Below the pieces are notes generated by a model. The model searched no databases and had not been told where the DNA came from. It worked only from the letters and a program-made list of their open reading frames with translations. Made by a program: the position numbers and the translations under genes. A stretch of 64,000 bases of DNA from Bacteroidota bacterium (GTDB lineage: Bacteria; Bacteroidota; Bacteroidia; Flavobacteriales_F; PHOS-HE28): assembly GCA_014584605.1 (NCBI GenBank), contig JACTMO010000027.1, positions 11,690 to 75,689 on the forward strand. The letters run 5' to 3'. This document shows positions 54,151 through 61,717 of the stretch, piece after piece. The stretch's first letter is position 1. Every line of letters starts with the position of its first letter.

Positions 54151-54360
54151 GGATCGGAATGGTGAGGGCGTCAAAACTCCCCGCAAGATCTTCCGACCGG
54201 ACTGATGCGGATCATCCTCGGCGGATCGATCATCAACACGGTTGTGAACGATCCGCGCAGAGTCGCGATCGGCGCGGCCTGGAACGACAAGAGCGCCCTG
54301 CGGGAGGGCGCCCTTGCCGACTTTCACCGACATGCCACCGGGCACGTCGAGGCGATCCGC

Positions 54361-54921
54361 TCAACCGGGCAGCAACACCTTGTCGATCACATGCACCACA
54401 CCATTGCTGGCCGGTACGCTCGCCACCACGGTGGCGTCGTTGATCATCACCTTGCCGTCCTTCACGCTCACCTTCACGTTGGAGCCATTGACCATGTTGA
54501 GGCTCTGTCCGTCGCGCAACTGCTCGGTCTTCAGCACGCCCACGTACACGTGGTACTCCAGCACGTTCTGCAGGTCGCCTTTCTTCTCGGGCTTCAACAG
54601 CCCGTCCACGGTGCCCGCAGGCAGCGCGTCGAATGCTGCGTTGACGGGGGCGAACACGGTGAAGGGCCCCGCATTGCTGAGCGCGTCCACCAGCTCGGCG
54701 GCCTTCACGGCGGCGACCAGGGTGCTGTGGTCCGGCGACCCGACGGCGACGCCCACCACGTTCTTCTGCGACTGGTCATCCACCACGGTGGATTGGCCTC
54801 CGCCCACCGGTTCCGGTGCGGCGGCTCCTGTGGACTGCTCCGGCGCGGGTGCGCCGCATGCGGCCAGCAGTACGGTGGTGGCGAGCACTAAGATGTTCTT
54901 CGAAGGGATGTTGGGGGTCAT
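54361..54921 (-). CDS. Fasciclin (FAS1) domain lipoprotein
   Basis: Start MTPNIPSKNILVLATTVLLAACG (lipobox). FAS1 motifs FTVFAPVNAAFDALP and GVVHVIDKVLLP. Confidence 0.85.
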   Translation of the reverse strand: MTPNIPSKNILVLATTVLLAACGAPAPEQSTGAAAPEPVGGGQSTVVDDQSQKNVVGVAVGSPDHSTLVAAVKAAELVDALSNAGPFTVFAPVNAAFDALPAGTVDGLLKPEKKGDLQNVLEYHVYVGVLKTEQLRDGQSLNMVNGSNVKVSVKDGKVMINDATVVASVPASNGVVHVIDKVLLPG

Positions 54922-55107
54922 GGTCCTGTTTGGATGGTTGCACAAACTTTCATCACGTGTGCGTTCCATGCACTGACCGTTGACCGCTCTGTTCCTGATC
55001 CGTGTCACGTCCTCCAGGTGATGACCGGGCGTGCCGCTCCCGAAGCGCCATGCGATCCGGCGGCTTCCCTGAGCGGGTGCGGCGATGCGGAGGAGCGATG
55101 ACCGGGC

Positions 55108-55881
55108 TCAGAGGTCCTTGGAGCGGAACACGCGGAAGGCGAGCACCGTGGGCCAGGCGACCCAGAGCAACATGAAGGCCAGGGCCGCCCCGATGCCGGG
55201 GCCGGAGCCGAGGAGCTTCTTGTACACCGCTCCGCTGTATCCCATCATGGCCGCGAGGTCCACCTGGATGGTGACGGCGATGCGGGCCAGGTCGATCGGG
55301 TTGAGGGCGGCCACCGGGAGGACGAAGGGCTCGACGGGCCGGTCGCTGAACGCGAAGAGCAGGGCCATCAGCAGCGCGTCGTACACCAGCACGGCGCCCG
55401 CCCAGGCGGCCAACGCCGTGCCGACACCGCGGGCCTTGTCGCGGTTCACCAGGGCGATGAGGGTGCCCAGCGCCAGGAACACCCAGGCCAGCAGCACGGC
55501 CGCCACCAGCAGCACCAGGGAAGTGCCCCCCGGGGCATGCACGGTGAGCGGAAGACCGAGCCCGAAGAGCAGGGCCACCAGGAAGGACAGGCCCAGCGCG
55601 AGCATGCGCCCGCCCAGGATGGCGCTGCGGCCGATGGGTTGCACGGCGAGCAGCTGGGTGAACTCCTGGGCGCCGTAGGTATAGACCACCGTGAACACCA
55701 GGGCCACCAGCGGCACCAGGGCAAGCACGACCTGCACCAGGCTCAGCACGGCCTTGATGGCCTCACCTTCCACCAGGAACAGCCCCTCGGCCACCACGAA
55801 CAGCAGGGCGGCAAAGGCCAGCACCGAGCGGTTGCGCGCCAGGTCCACCAGGGTATAGTAGAGCACCTTGCCCATGGTCAT
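55108..55881 (-). CDS. nosY: ABC-2 type permease NosY
   Basis: Six-TM hydrophobic protein immediately downstream of, and overlapping, the ABC ATPase gene in a nos cluster. Confidence 0.8.
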   Translation of the reverse strand: MTMGKVLYYTLVDLARNRSVLAFAALLFVVAEGLFLVEGEAIKAVLSLVQVVLALVPLVALVFTVVYTYGAQEFTQLLAVQPIGRSAILGGRMLALGLSFLVALLFGLGLPLTVHAPGGTSLVLLVAAVLLAWVFLALGTLIALVNRDKARGVGTALAAWAGAVLVYDALLMALLFAFSDRPVEPFVLPVAALNPIDLARIAVTIQVDLAAMMGYSGAVYKKLLGSGPGIGAALAFMLLWVAWPTVLAFRVFRSKDL

Positions 55882-56594
55882 CGGGGATCGGCGAGCATGA
55901 GGGGCAACGCGGCCGACAGGCGGTCCGTGCCGGTGCGGGCGAGGATCTCGCGCAAGGGCAGCAGGAATCGCAGCGTGCCGTCCTGCAGGTAGGCCACCCG
56001 GTCAGCCAGGGCCTCCACCTCCTCCATCAGGTGCGAGGTGATGAGCACCGTGCCTCCCCTTTCACGCACCGCAGCGGCGCGGCCCAGCACGGTCCGTGCG
56101 CTCAGGGGATCGAGGCCGGCGGTGGGTTCATCCATCACCAGGATGTCCGGGGCGGAACGGAAGGCGAGCACGGCGCTCACCTTCTGCATGGTGCCGCCCG
56201 AGAGGGTGCCCAGGCGCTTCTGCAGCTGCGTGGAAAGGCCCAGGTCCTCCACCAGCCCATCGTCGGTGCGTTCGGGTGCAAGGCCGCGCACGTCGCGCAT
56301 CATGTCCAGCAACTGGCCGATGGTGAGCGCGGGCGGGAACTGGGAGATCTGGGGCATGTATCCGATCCGGTGCCGGTAAGCGGGGTCGTCACCGATCCGT
56401 TCGCCGTTCACATGGATGGCCCCGCTGGTGGGACGCACCAGGCCCAGCAGGCACTTGATGAAGGTGGTCTTGCCCGAGCCGTTGGGCCCGATCACCATCA
56501 CCACTTCGCCGGTGTGGAAACCGGCATCCACGTCGCGCAGCGCCCACAGCTTGCGATAGCGCTTGCCGACCCCCTTGAAGGTGATGCTATCCAT
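55878..56594 (-). CDS. nosF: ABC transporter ATP-binding protein NosF
   Basis: Walker A GPNGSGKTT, signature LSGGTMQKV, Walker B ILVMDEPTAGLD. It overlaps both nosD and nosY. Confidence 0.85.
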   Translation of the reverse strand: MDSITFKGVGKRYRKLWALRDVDAGFHTGEVVMVIGPNGSGKTTFIKCLLGLVRPTSGAIHVNGERIGDDPAYRHRIGYMPQISQFPPALTIGQLLDMMRDVRGLAPERTDDGLVEDLGLSTQLQKRLGTLSGGTMQKVSAVLAFRSAPDILVMDEPTAGLDPLSARTVLGRAAAVRERGGTVLITSHLMEEVEALADRVAYLQDGTLRFLLPLREILARTGTDRLSAALPLMLADPR

Positions 56595-57843
56595 GCGGGG
56601 GGCGCATCAGGGGCCGGTCGTCCTTCAAGGCATCGGGCGTAAGCGAGGGGATCACTCGTTCGGCCTGGTCCAGCAAGGTCACGAAGAGGCTCCGGGAAAA
56701 AATGATGGCGTAGGGGATGCGCTCCACCAGCAACGCAAAGAAACCCACCGGGCGATAGGGCACGTCGCCGTGTCCGTCGCGGTCCAGGTCATAGCCGAGG
56801 TGCCGGTCCCAATAGTTGGCCGCAAGGGTGTTCAGCATCAGGTCGCCGTTGGTGCTCACATCAAAGGTGTTGCCGATGAAGGAATTGCCCGCAATGGTAC
56901 AGCCTGTGGCGTTGGAGAACAGGCGCAGGGCCCAGCCGTTGGAGCGGAAGCTGTTCCCTTCGGCACGCACCCGGTTGCAACCGTCCACCATAAGACCGGT
57001 GGTGTTGTCCGTGAAACTGTTGTCCCGCACCTCACTATCATTGATCTCCTTGAGCAGCAGACCATACGCGCTGCCGCCCCGGTTGTGCATGAACCGGTTC
57101 CCGGTCATCCGGATGCTGTGGCTGAACATCACGGCCACCCCGGCGCCGTTGTCCACGAATTCATTGCCCGCGTAGTCGTTGCGGTGGCTGAACATGAAGT
57201 GCAGGCCGTAGCGCAGGTTGCCCCGGCACAGGTTGTCCTCGATGCGCGAGCCGGTGACGAACTCGAAGTAGATGCCGTCGCGGTGGTGTTCGGCGCGGTT
57301 GCCTCGGATCACCGCGTCCGCACAACGCCACATGTGGATGCCGTTGGCGCGGCGCGTCTCCGGTGTGGCCGGGTCGCCCAGGATGCGATTGCCGGTGATC
57401 AGGGCCCGCTTGGTGTTGACCAGGTGAAGGGCGAAGAAGCAGTTGCGCAGCTCGTTGTCCAGCAGCTTCACATCGTCCCCCCCGTCCACGTGGATGCCCG
57501 CGTTATCGTGGATGTTGCTCACCAGCGTCCCGGTGATGACGAATCCCTTCACGGTGACGTTCGGGGCGGTGATCACCAGCACATGCCCTTGCTGCCCCCC
57601 ATCGATCACGGGTGCCCCGACGCCCAGCAGCGTGAGCGGCCTGTCGATCACCAGGGCCCCTTCGGCGTATGTGCCGGCCAGCACGCGGATGCTGTCGTTG
57701 GCCGCTGCGGTGGACAGGACGGTGCGCAGCTTTGTATGCGGCCCCTTCGGGGACACGGTCCATGTGGTGGCGGCCGCAGGGACCGCCAGTCCCATCGCCA
57801 GGGCCCATGCGGCCGGTCGGCGGAGGATGCCCCTGCGCGTCAT
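56587..57843 (-). CDS. nosD: Periplasmic right-handed beta-helix protein NosD
   Basis: Signal peptide. Repeated parallel beta-helix units (N-x-I/F-x-x-N-x-x-G pattern: NRILGD, NRAEHHRDGIY, NEFVDNGAGV, NSFTDNTTGL, NSFRSNGWAL). Canonical position between nosL and nosF. Confidence 0.85.
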   Translation of the reverse strand: MTRRGILRRPAAWALAMGLAVPAAATTWTVSPKGPHTKLRTVLSTAAANDSIRVLAGTYAEGALVIDRPLTLLGVGAPVIDGGQQGHVLVITAPNVTVKGFVITGTLVSNIHDNAGIHVDGGDDVKLLDNELRNCFFALHLVNTKRALITGNRILGDPATPETRRANGIHMWRCADAVIRGNRAEHHRDGIYFEFVTGSRIEDNLCRGNLRYGLHFMFSHRNDYAGNEFVDNGAGVAVMFSHSIRMTGNRFMHNRGGSAYGLLLKEINDSEVRDNSFTDNTTGLMVDGCNRVRAEGNSFRSNGWALRLFSNATGCTIAGNSFIGNTFDVSTNGDLMLNTLAANYWDRHLGYDLDRDGHGDVPYRPVGFFALLVERIPYAIIFSRSLFVTLLDQAERVIPSLTPDALKDDRPLMRPPHG

Positions 57844-58280
57844 TCCCCGGCGAACAATTTCCTCACGGCGGTCCAGTCCATGGCCTCGCCGGGAAAGTGT
57901 TCCATGGCCGCCCTGCGGTCTTCCTCGGAGGAGAAGGCCGCCACGTTGCCGCGCATGGGGCTGTTGAGCGAGGGGGCGTGCAGGTACAGGGCGCCGGTGG
58001 CGTCAATGAGGGTGCCGGGATGGGCGAAGTCGGCCACATGCCAGGAGGCCACCTGGCCCTCGGCGATCGTGCCCAGGTCCACATGCGGCACCATGCACTC
58101 CGGCCCGTCGAACACGTAGGTGCGGCCCTTCAACGTCCGTATCGCTGCTCCGAACCTGGCGTCCACGACGTTCATGCGGCAATGCGCGCATTCCGCGGCG
58201 CCGTAGGCAATGGTCGGCGGCCCTTCCGCGCAGCCTGTGGCGACCAGCATCCATGCCGCCGTGATGGTGGCGCGCATCAT
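57840..58280 (-). CDS. nosL: Copper-chaperone lipoprotein NosL
   Basis: Start MMRATITAAWMLVATGC (lipobox). The ATG at 58280 overlaps the upstream stop (ATGA). NosL pattern ECAHCRMNVVDARFGAAI...YVFDGPECM. Confidence 0.8.
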   Translation of the reverse strand: MMRATITAAWMLVATGCAEGPPTIAYGAAECAHCRMNVVDARFGAAIRTLKGRTYVFDGPECMVPHVDLGTIAEGQVASWHVADFAHPGTLIDATGALYLHAPSLNSPMRGNVAAFSSEEDRRAAMEHFPGEAMDWTAVRKLFAGE

Positions 58281-58864
58281 TTCCGGACCGCTGAAGCGGC
58301 GGGCAGAGACCTCCGCCATTCGTACAGCAGTATCAGAAGACCTGTGACAATGGAGAAGAAGAGCACGTAGCCTCCGATGTCCGGCAGGGACCAGGCCTCG
58401 AAGTTGAGCAATGTCTTGTGGCCGAGGAGCGGCGGCTGGTAGGCCATGCCCTCCACCTTGATGGCCGCGTGGGGATCCAGGTCATGGCCGTACTTGTAGC
58501 CCCAGGAATACATGTCCCACATGGACCAGATGACGAAGGCCAGGAGCGTGAAGATCCAACCGCCCAGGGCCCAGCGGCGGCCGATGAGCGCGGCGATGAC
58601 GCCGCCGCCGATGAGCAGGCCGATGGCGTAACGCATGATGGCGAACTCCGGGAACATGTCGTTCTCGATCTTGGCCATGCCGATGTAGTGGTTCAGGCCG
58701 TTGATCTGGTCCACGTTGCCCGTGAACCTGTCGTGGTAGATCTGTAGCACCAGGCCTTCCGGGTATTGCGGGGCCGAGAGGTCGATGCGCCAGATGGGCT
58801 GCCAAAGCATCACACCCATGGCCAATGCGGCGACGGCGATGAGGATCCTGGAGATGGGGCGCAT
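58277..58864 (-). CDS. Four-TM membrane protein between nosZ and nosL (NosB-like accessory protein of clade II nos clusters)
   Basis: Start placed at MRPISRILIAVAALAMGVML (58864). The track ORF extends to 58999 through a non-hydrophobic Arg/Pro-rich stretch. The call rests on hydrophobic helices plus conserved position. Confidence 0.6.
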   Translation of the reverse strand: MRPISRILIAVAALAMGVMLWQPIWRIDLSAPQYPEGLVLQIYHDRFTGNVDQINGLNHYIGMAKIENDMFPEFAIMRYAIGLLIGGGVIAALIGRRWALGGWIFTLLAFVIWSMWDMYSWGYKYGHDLDPHAAIKVEGMAYQPPLLGHKTLLNFEAWSLPDIGGYVLFFSIVTGLLILLYEWRRSLPAASAVRK

Positions 58865-59025
58865 GATCGGTCGTTTTACGGCCCGCGGTACGGGCCTGGT
58901 GCTGTGGTCCAACGGTTGCGGCCGGGCGGCCCTGACAGAAACCCTTCGTGCCGGGACCTCGACTTCTATGACTTCCATATTCATCGTTCGTGTTTTCATG
59001 TTCTGAGGCGCCGTGGCGCCCCATG

Positions 59026-59085
59026 GAACGGAACACCCGGCCCCTTCACCGCTTCGCGATGCCGGGGGCCGGGTGCTTTCCGTTC
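59026..59085 (-). terminator. Very stable stem-loop 15-74 nt downstream of the nosZ stop (intra-operon terminator/attenuator or mRNA-stabilising hairpin)
   Basis: The arms are GAACGGAA+CACCCGGCCCC (59026-59044) and GGGGCCGGGTG+TTCCGTTC (59065-59085). They pair over 19 bp, with a 2-nt bulge and a 20-nt loop. A second GGCGCC-GT-GGCGCC palindrome follows at 59007-59020. Confidence 0.55.
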
Positions 59086-59099
59086 ATGCGGGAGGCGGG

Positions 59100-61094
59100 T
59101 CAGATGCCCGCGTCGGGGGATTTGGTATTCGCGCTCAGAGGCACGTTGCTGTTGGCCGGAGACACACGGATGTAGCCCTGCATCTCCTGGTGGAGGGCGC
59201 TGCAGAAATCCGTGCAATAGAAGGGCTTCACACCCACGCTCAGGGGCACCCACTTCAGGGTCTGGGTCTCACCGGGCATGATCAGGAGCTCGGCGTTCTG
59301 GGCACCCTTGATCGCGAAGCCGTGCGGCACGTCCCAGTCCTGTTCCAGATTGGTGACGTGGAAGTACACCTCGTCACCCAGCTTCACCCCTTCGATGTTG
59401 TCCGGGGCGAAGTGCGAGCGGATGCTCGTCATGTAGATGTGCACCTCCTTGCCCTTGCGTTCCACCCGGGCGTCCTTCTCGCCCTTGGCGGCATAGGGAT
59501 GCTGATTCTCCTCGATCTTGAAGAACTTCACCTCGCGCGGTTTCACCAGTTCGGCCGGGATGGCCTGGGCGTAGTGCGGCTCACCGGTGGTGGGGAAGTC
59601 GAGCAGCAGCTCCATCTTGTCGCCGTCGATGCTGAACAGCTGGGCGCTCTGCGACAGCTCTGGCCCGGTGGGCAGGTAACGGTCCTTGGTGATCTTGTTG
59701 TAGGCGATCACGTACTTGCCCCAGGGCTGCTTGCTGTCGCCGCCGGGCACGCACAGGTGGCCGATGGAGTAATAGGTCGGAACCCGGTCCAGGATCTCGA
59801 GCTTCTCCACGTTCCACTTCACGATCTCGCTGCTCACGAAGAAGCTGGTATACGCGTTGCCATTGGCATCGAACTCGGTGTGCAGAGGCCCGAGACCGGG
59901 CTTCTTCACCTCGCCGTGCAGCACGCTCTCGTACTTCAGCACCGGGATGCCTGCGAAATCGCCTTCCACGTCCTTGGCCTCGATGGCCTTCTGCATCTTC
60001 TCGAAGCTGAACACCGGGATGAGGGCCGCGAGCTTCCCACTGCCCACGATGTACTTGCCGGTGGGATCCACGTCGCAGCCGTGCGGGCTCTTGGGGCACG
60101 GCATGAAGTAGAGCAGCCCGGGGTGGTCCTTCGGGTCCAGTTGCAACACATCCTCGTACACGGTGGTCTCGCTGCTGTGGGTGTGGTCGTTCCACCAGTT
60201 GCTGTAGTGCTTGCCCGGCACGCGCTTGCCTTTGCCCTCCTTGGCGAGCTGCTCGGCCAGCTTCCAGTTCACCGCCATGATGAAGTCCTTGTCACGCTGG
60301 CTGGCGTTCACCTCGAGCAGGTCGTGTGCCTGCTCGGTGTTGTAGCAGCTGAAGAAGAACCAGCCCTCGCTCGGGCCCTTGCCGGCATGGCTCAGGTCGA
60401 AGTCGATCGCCGGGGTGACGATCTGGAAGGCGATGCTCATCTTGCCCGACTCGGGCTCGGGATGGATGAAGCTCACCGTGCCCTTGAAGGTCTCCTTGTA
60501 GGAATCGATCGCCACATCGCGTTCCGCGTCGCTGCCCATGGGGATGCTGAAGCGGGTGCCCGCCACCACGTATTCGCTGTTGCCGGTGGTGAAGGGGGAG
60601 CTGTGGTTGCCCGCACTGTTGGGGATCTCGATGATGCTGTGTGTGCGGAAGGTCCCTAGATCGATCAGCGCGATGCGCGGGGTGTTGTTGCCATTGATGA
60701 AGCACCATTTGCCATCGGGGATGCCGTTGGTCTGGCTCAGCTCCGGATGGTGGCTGTCGTCCCAAGGGATGAAGCCGTGGCTGGTCATCAGCATGCCCTT
60801 GGTCTCCTCGCTGTAGCCGTAACCCGTCTCGGGGTCCTGGCTGAACACGGGCACCTCGCGCAACAGTCGCCCGCTGGGCAGACCGTACACCGCAAGCTGA
60901 CCGCTGAAGCCGCCGCTGACCATATTGTAGAATTCATCGTAGGCCCCTGGTTTCACATAAACCTTCGAGGCCGCATCGCCGGTGACCACCGTCTTGGTGG
61001 TGGTGGGCCGGCACCCCGGCAGGGAGTTGACCAGCACGAACGCCAGGCCGACCAGGGCCAGGGTTCCTGTGGTGAGCAACAAGGGTCGTTTCAT
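59100..61094 (-). CDS. nosZ: Nitrous-oxide reductase, clade II (Sec-dependent) NosZ
   Basis: Sec/lipoprotein-like signal (LVNSLPGC) with no twin-arginine motif. CuZ propeller His motifs are present (DDSHHPE, GNHSSP, HGCDV, HYAQA). The CuA site reads CTDFCSALHQEMQGY. Confidence 0.95.
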   Translation of the reverse strand: MKRPLLLTTGTLALVGLAFVLVNSLPGCRPTTTKTVVTGDAASKVYVKPGAYDEFYNMVSGGFSGQLAVYGLPSGRLLREVPVFSQDPETGYGYSEETKGMLMTSHGFIPWDDSHHPELSQTNGIPDGKWCFINGNNTPRIALIDLGTFRTHSIIEIPNSAGNHSSPFTTGNSEYVVAGTRFSIPMGSDAERDVAIDSYKETFKGTVSFIHPEPESGKMSIAFQIVTPAIDFDLSHAGKGPSEGWFFFSCYNTEQAHDLLEVNASQRDKDFIMAVNWKLAEQLAKEGKGKRVPGKHYSNWWNDHTHSSETTVYEDVLQLDPKDHPGLLYFMPCPKSPHGCDVDPTGKYIVGSGKLAALIPVFSFEKMQKAIEAKDVEGDFAGIPVLKYESVLHGEVKKPGLGPLHTEFDANGNAYTSFFVSSEIVKWNVEKLEILDRVPTYYSIGHLCVPGGDSKQPWGKYVIAYNKITKDRYLPTGPELSQSAQLFSIDGDKMELLLDFPTTGEPHYAQAIPAELVKPREVKFFKIEENQHPYAAKGEKDARVERKGKEVHIYMTSIRSHFAPDNIEGVKLGDEVYFHVTNLEQDWDVPHGFAIKGAQNAELLIMPGETQTLKWVPLSVGVKPFYCTDFCSALHQEMQGYIRVSPANSNVPLSANTKSPDAGI

Positions 61095-61122
61095 GGCTAT
61101 TTTGGTTGTGGTGATCTTCGGT

Positions 61123-61599
61123 TCAGAGGGTACGCATGAACTCCAGCACCTGGCGGGCCTCCTCCATGCTGAGGTTCTGGTTCGGCATGCGGACGAGGCA
61201 TTGTTCCAGTTGCTTCTGCGCCTCGGGGTCCTCGGCCAGCATGGCGTCGGTGTTCACGATCATGTTCATGATCCACTCGGGCTGGCGGCGCGTGGTGATG
61301 CCTTTCCAGCCCGGCCCCACCACACGGTTGTCGCCCGTGCTGTGGCAGGCCTGGCACTTCACATCGTAGCTGGCCTTGCCCTTCTCCACCATGCCTTTGT
61401 CGATCTCGCCCAGCGTGATATCGGCCGCCGTAAGCAGTTTGGCCTTGCCGGCACCGGCGGCTTCTCCACCGGGCGTGGACTGCTCGGCCGCCGGTGCACC
61501 CGGAGGGCCGGCTTTCGTTTCGCTCTGCCCTCCGCCACAGGCGGCGAGCATGGCCGTGCCCAGCAGGGCTGCGGCGGTCATCTTCAAGGTGGTGGTCAT
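61123..61599 (-). CDS. Mono-haem c-type cytochrome lipoprotein upstream of nosZ (probable electron donor)
   Basis: Start MTTTLKMTAAALLGTAMLAACG (lipobox). Gly/Ala/Pro linker. Haem motif CQACH, with a distal Met in LVRMPNQ. Confidence 0.8.
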   Translation of the reverse strand: MTTTLKMTAAALLGTAMLAACGGGQSETKAGPPGAPAAEQSTPGGEAAGAGKAKLLTAADITLGEIDKGMVEKGKASYDVKCQACHSTGDNRVVGPGWKGITTRRQPEWIMNMIVNTDAMLAEDPEAQKQLEQCLVRMPNQNLSMEEARQVLEFMRTL

Positions 61600-61630
61600 G
61601 GTTTCGGTGATTCTGTTTCGTTGCTTTGGG

Positions 61631-61644
61631 CTGACAAATCTCAA
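61631..61644 (-). promoter_or_regulatory. Degenerate FNR/DNR-like box TTGAGATTTGTCAG upstream of the nos cytochrome c gene
   Basis: 8 of 10 match to TTGAT-N4-GTCAA on the gene strand. It is centred about 38 nt upstream of the ATG at 61599, similar to the spacing at norC. Confidence 0.3.
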
Positions 61645-61647
61645 GCA

Positions 61648-61678
61648 GCAAATTTGCACACTCTATGACAATTGTCAT
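61648..61678. promoter_or_regulatory. Two perfect AT-rich palindromes, GCAAATTTGC and ATGACAATTGTCAT, in the nos/12-TM-gene divergent promoter region
   Basis: GCAAATTTGC lies at 61648-61657 and ATGACAATTGTCAT at 61665-61678, 7 nt apart. The second ends 40 nt upstream of the ATG at 61718. Confidence 0.45.
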
Positions 61679-61717
61679 CCACGGACCTGACCTCCATCGC
61701 TCCCTTCGCCCCCTGAG

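Noticed and set aside
54151-54360. Possible adenosylcobalamin riboswitch in the nrdJ leader. On the transcribed strand it contains GGTGAAAGTCGGC and AGTCCGGTCGGAAGATCT, which superficially resemble the GGTGAAA core and the B12 box.
   Set aside because: The segments flanking GGTGAAA cannot form the conserved stem. The B12-box-like stretch deviates from AGCCAGGAGACCTGCC at several positions. Repressing a B12-dependent enzyme with B12 would also be biologically odd. An Infernal scan would settle it.
58865-58999. N-terminal extension of the NosB-like ORF (MKTRTMNMEVIEVEVPARRVSVRAARPQPLDHSTRPVPRAVKRPI), starting at 58999.
   Set aside because: It is non-hydrophobic and Arg/Pro-rich. It begins in the AT-rich spacer just after the nosZ hairpins. 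The internal ATG at 58864 begins directly with a TM helix. The longer form cannot be fully excluded.
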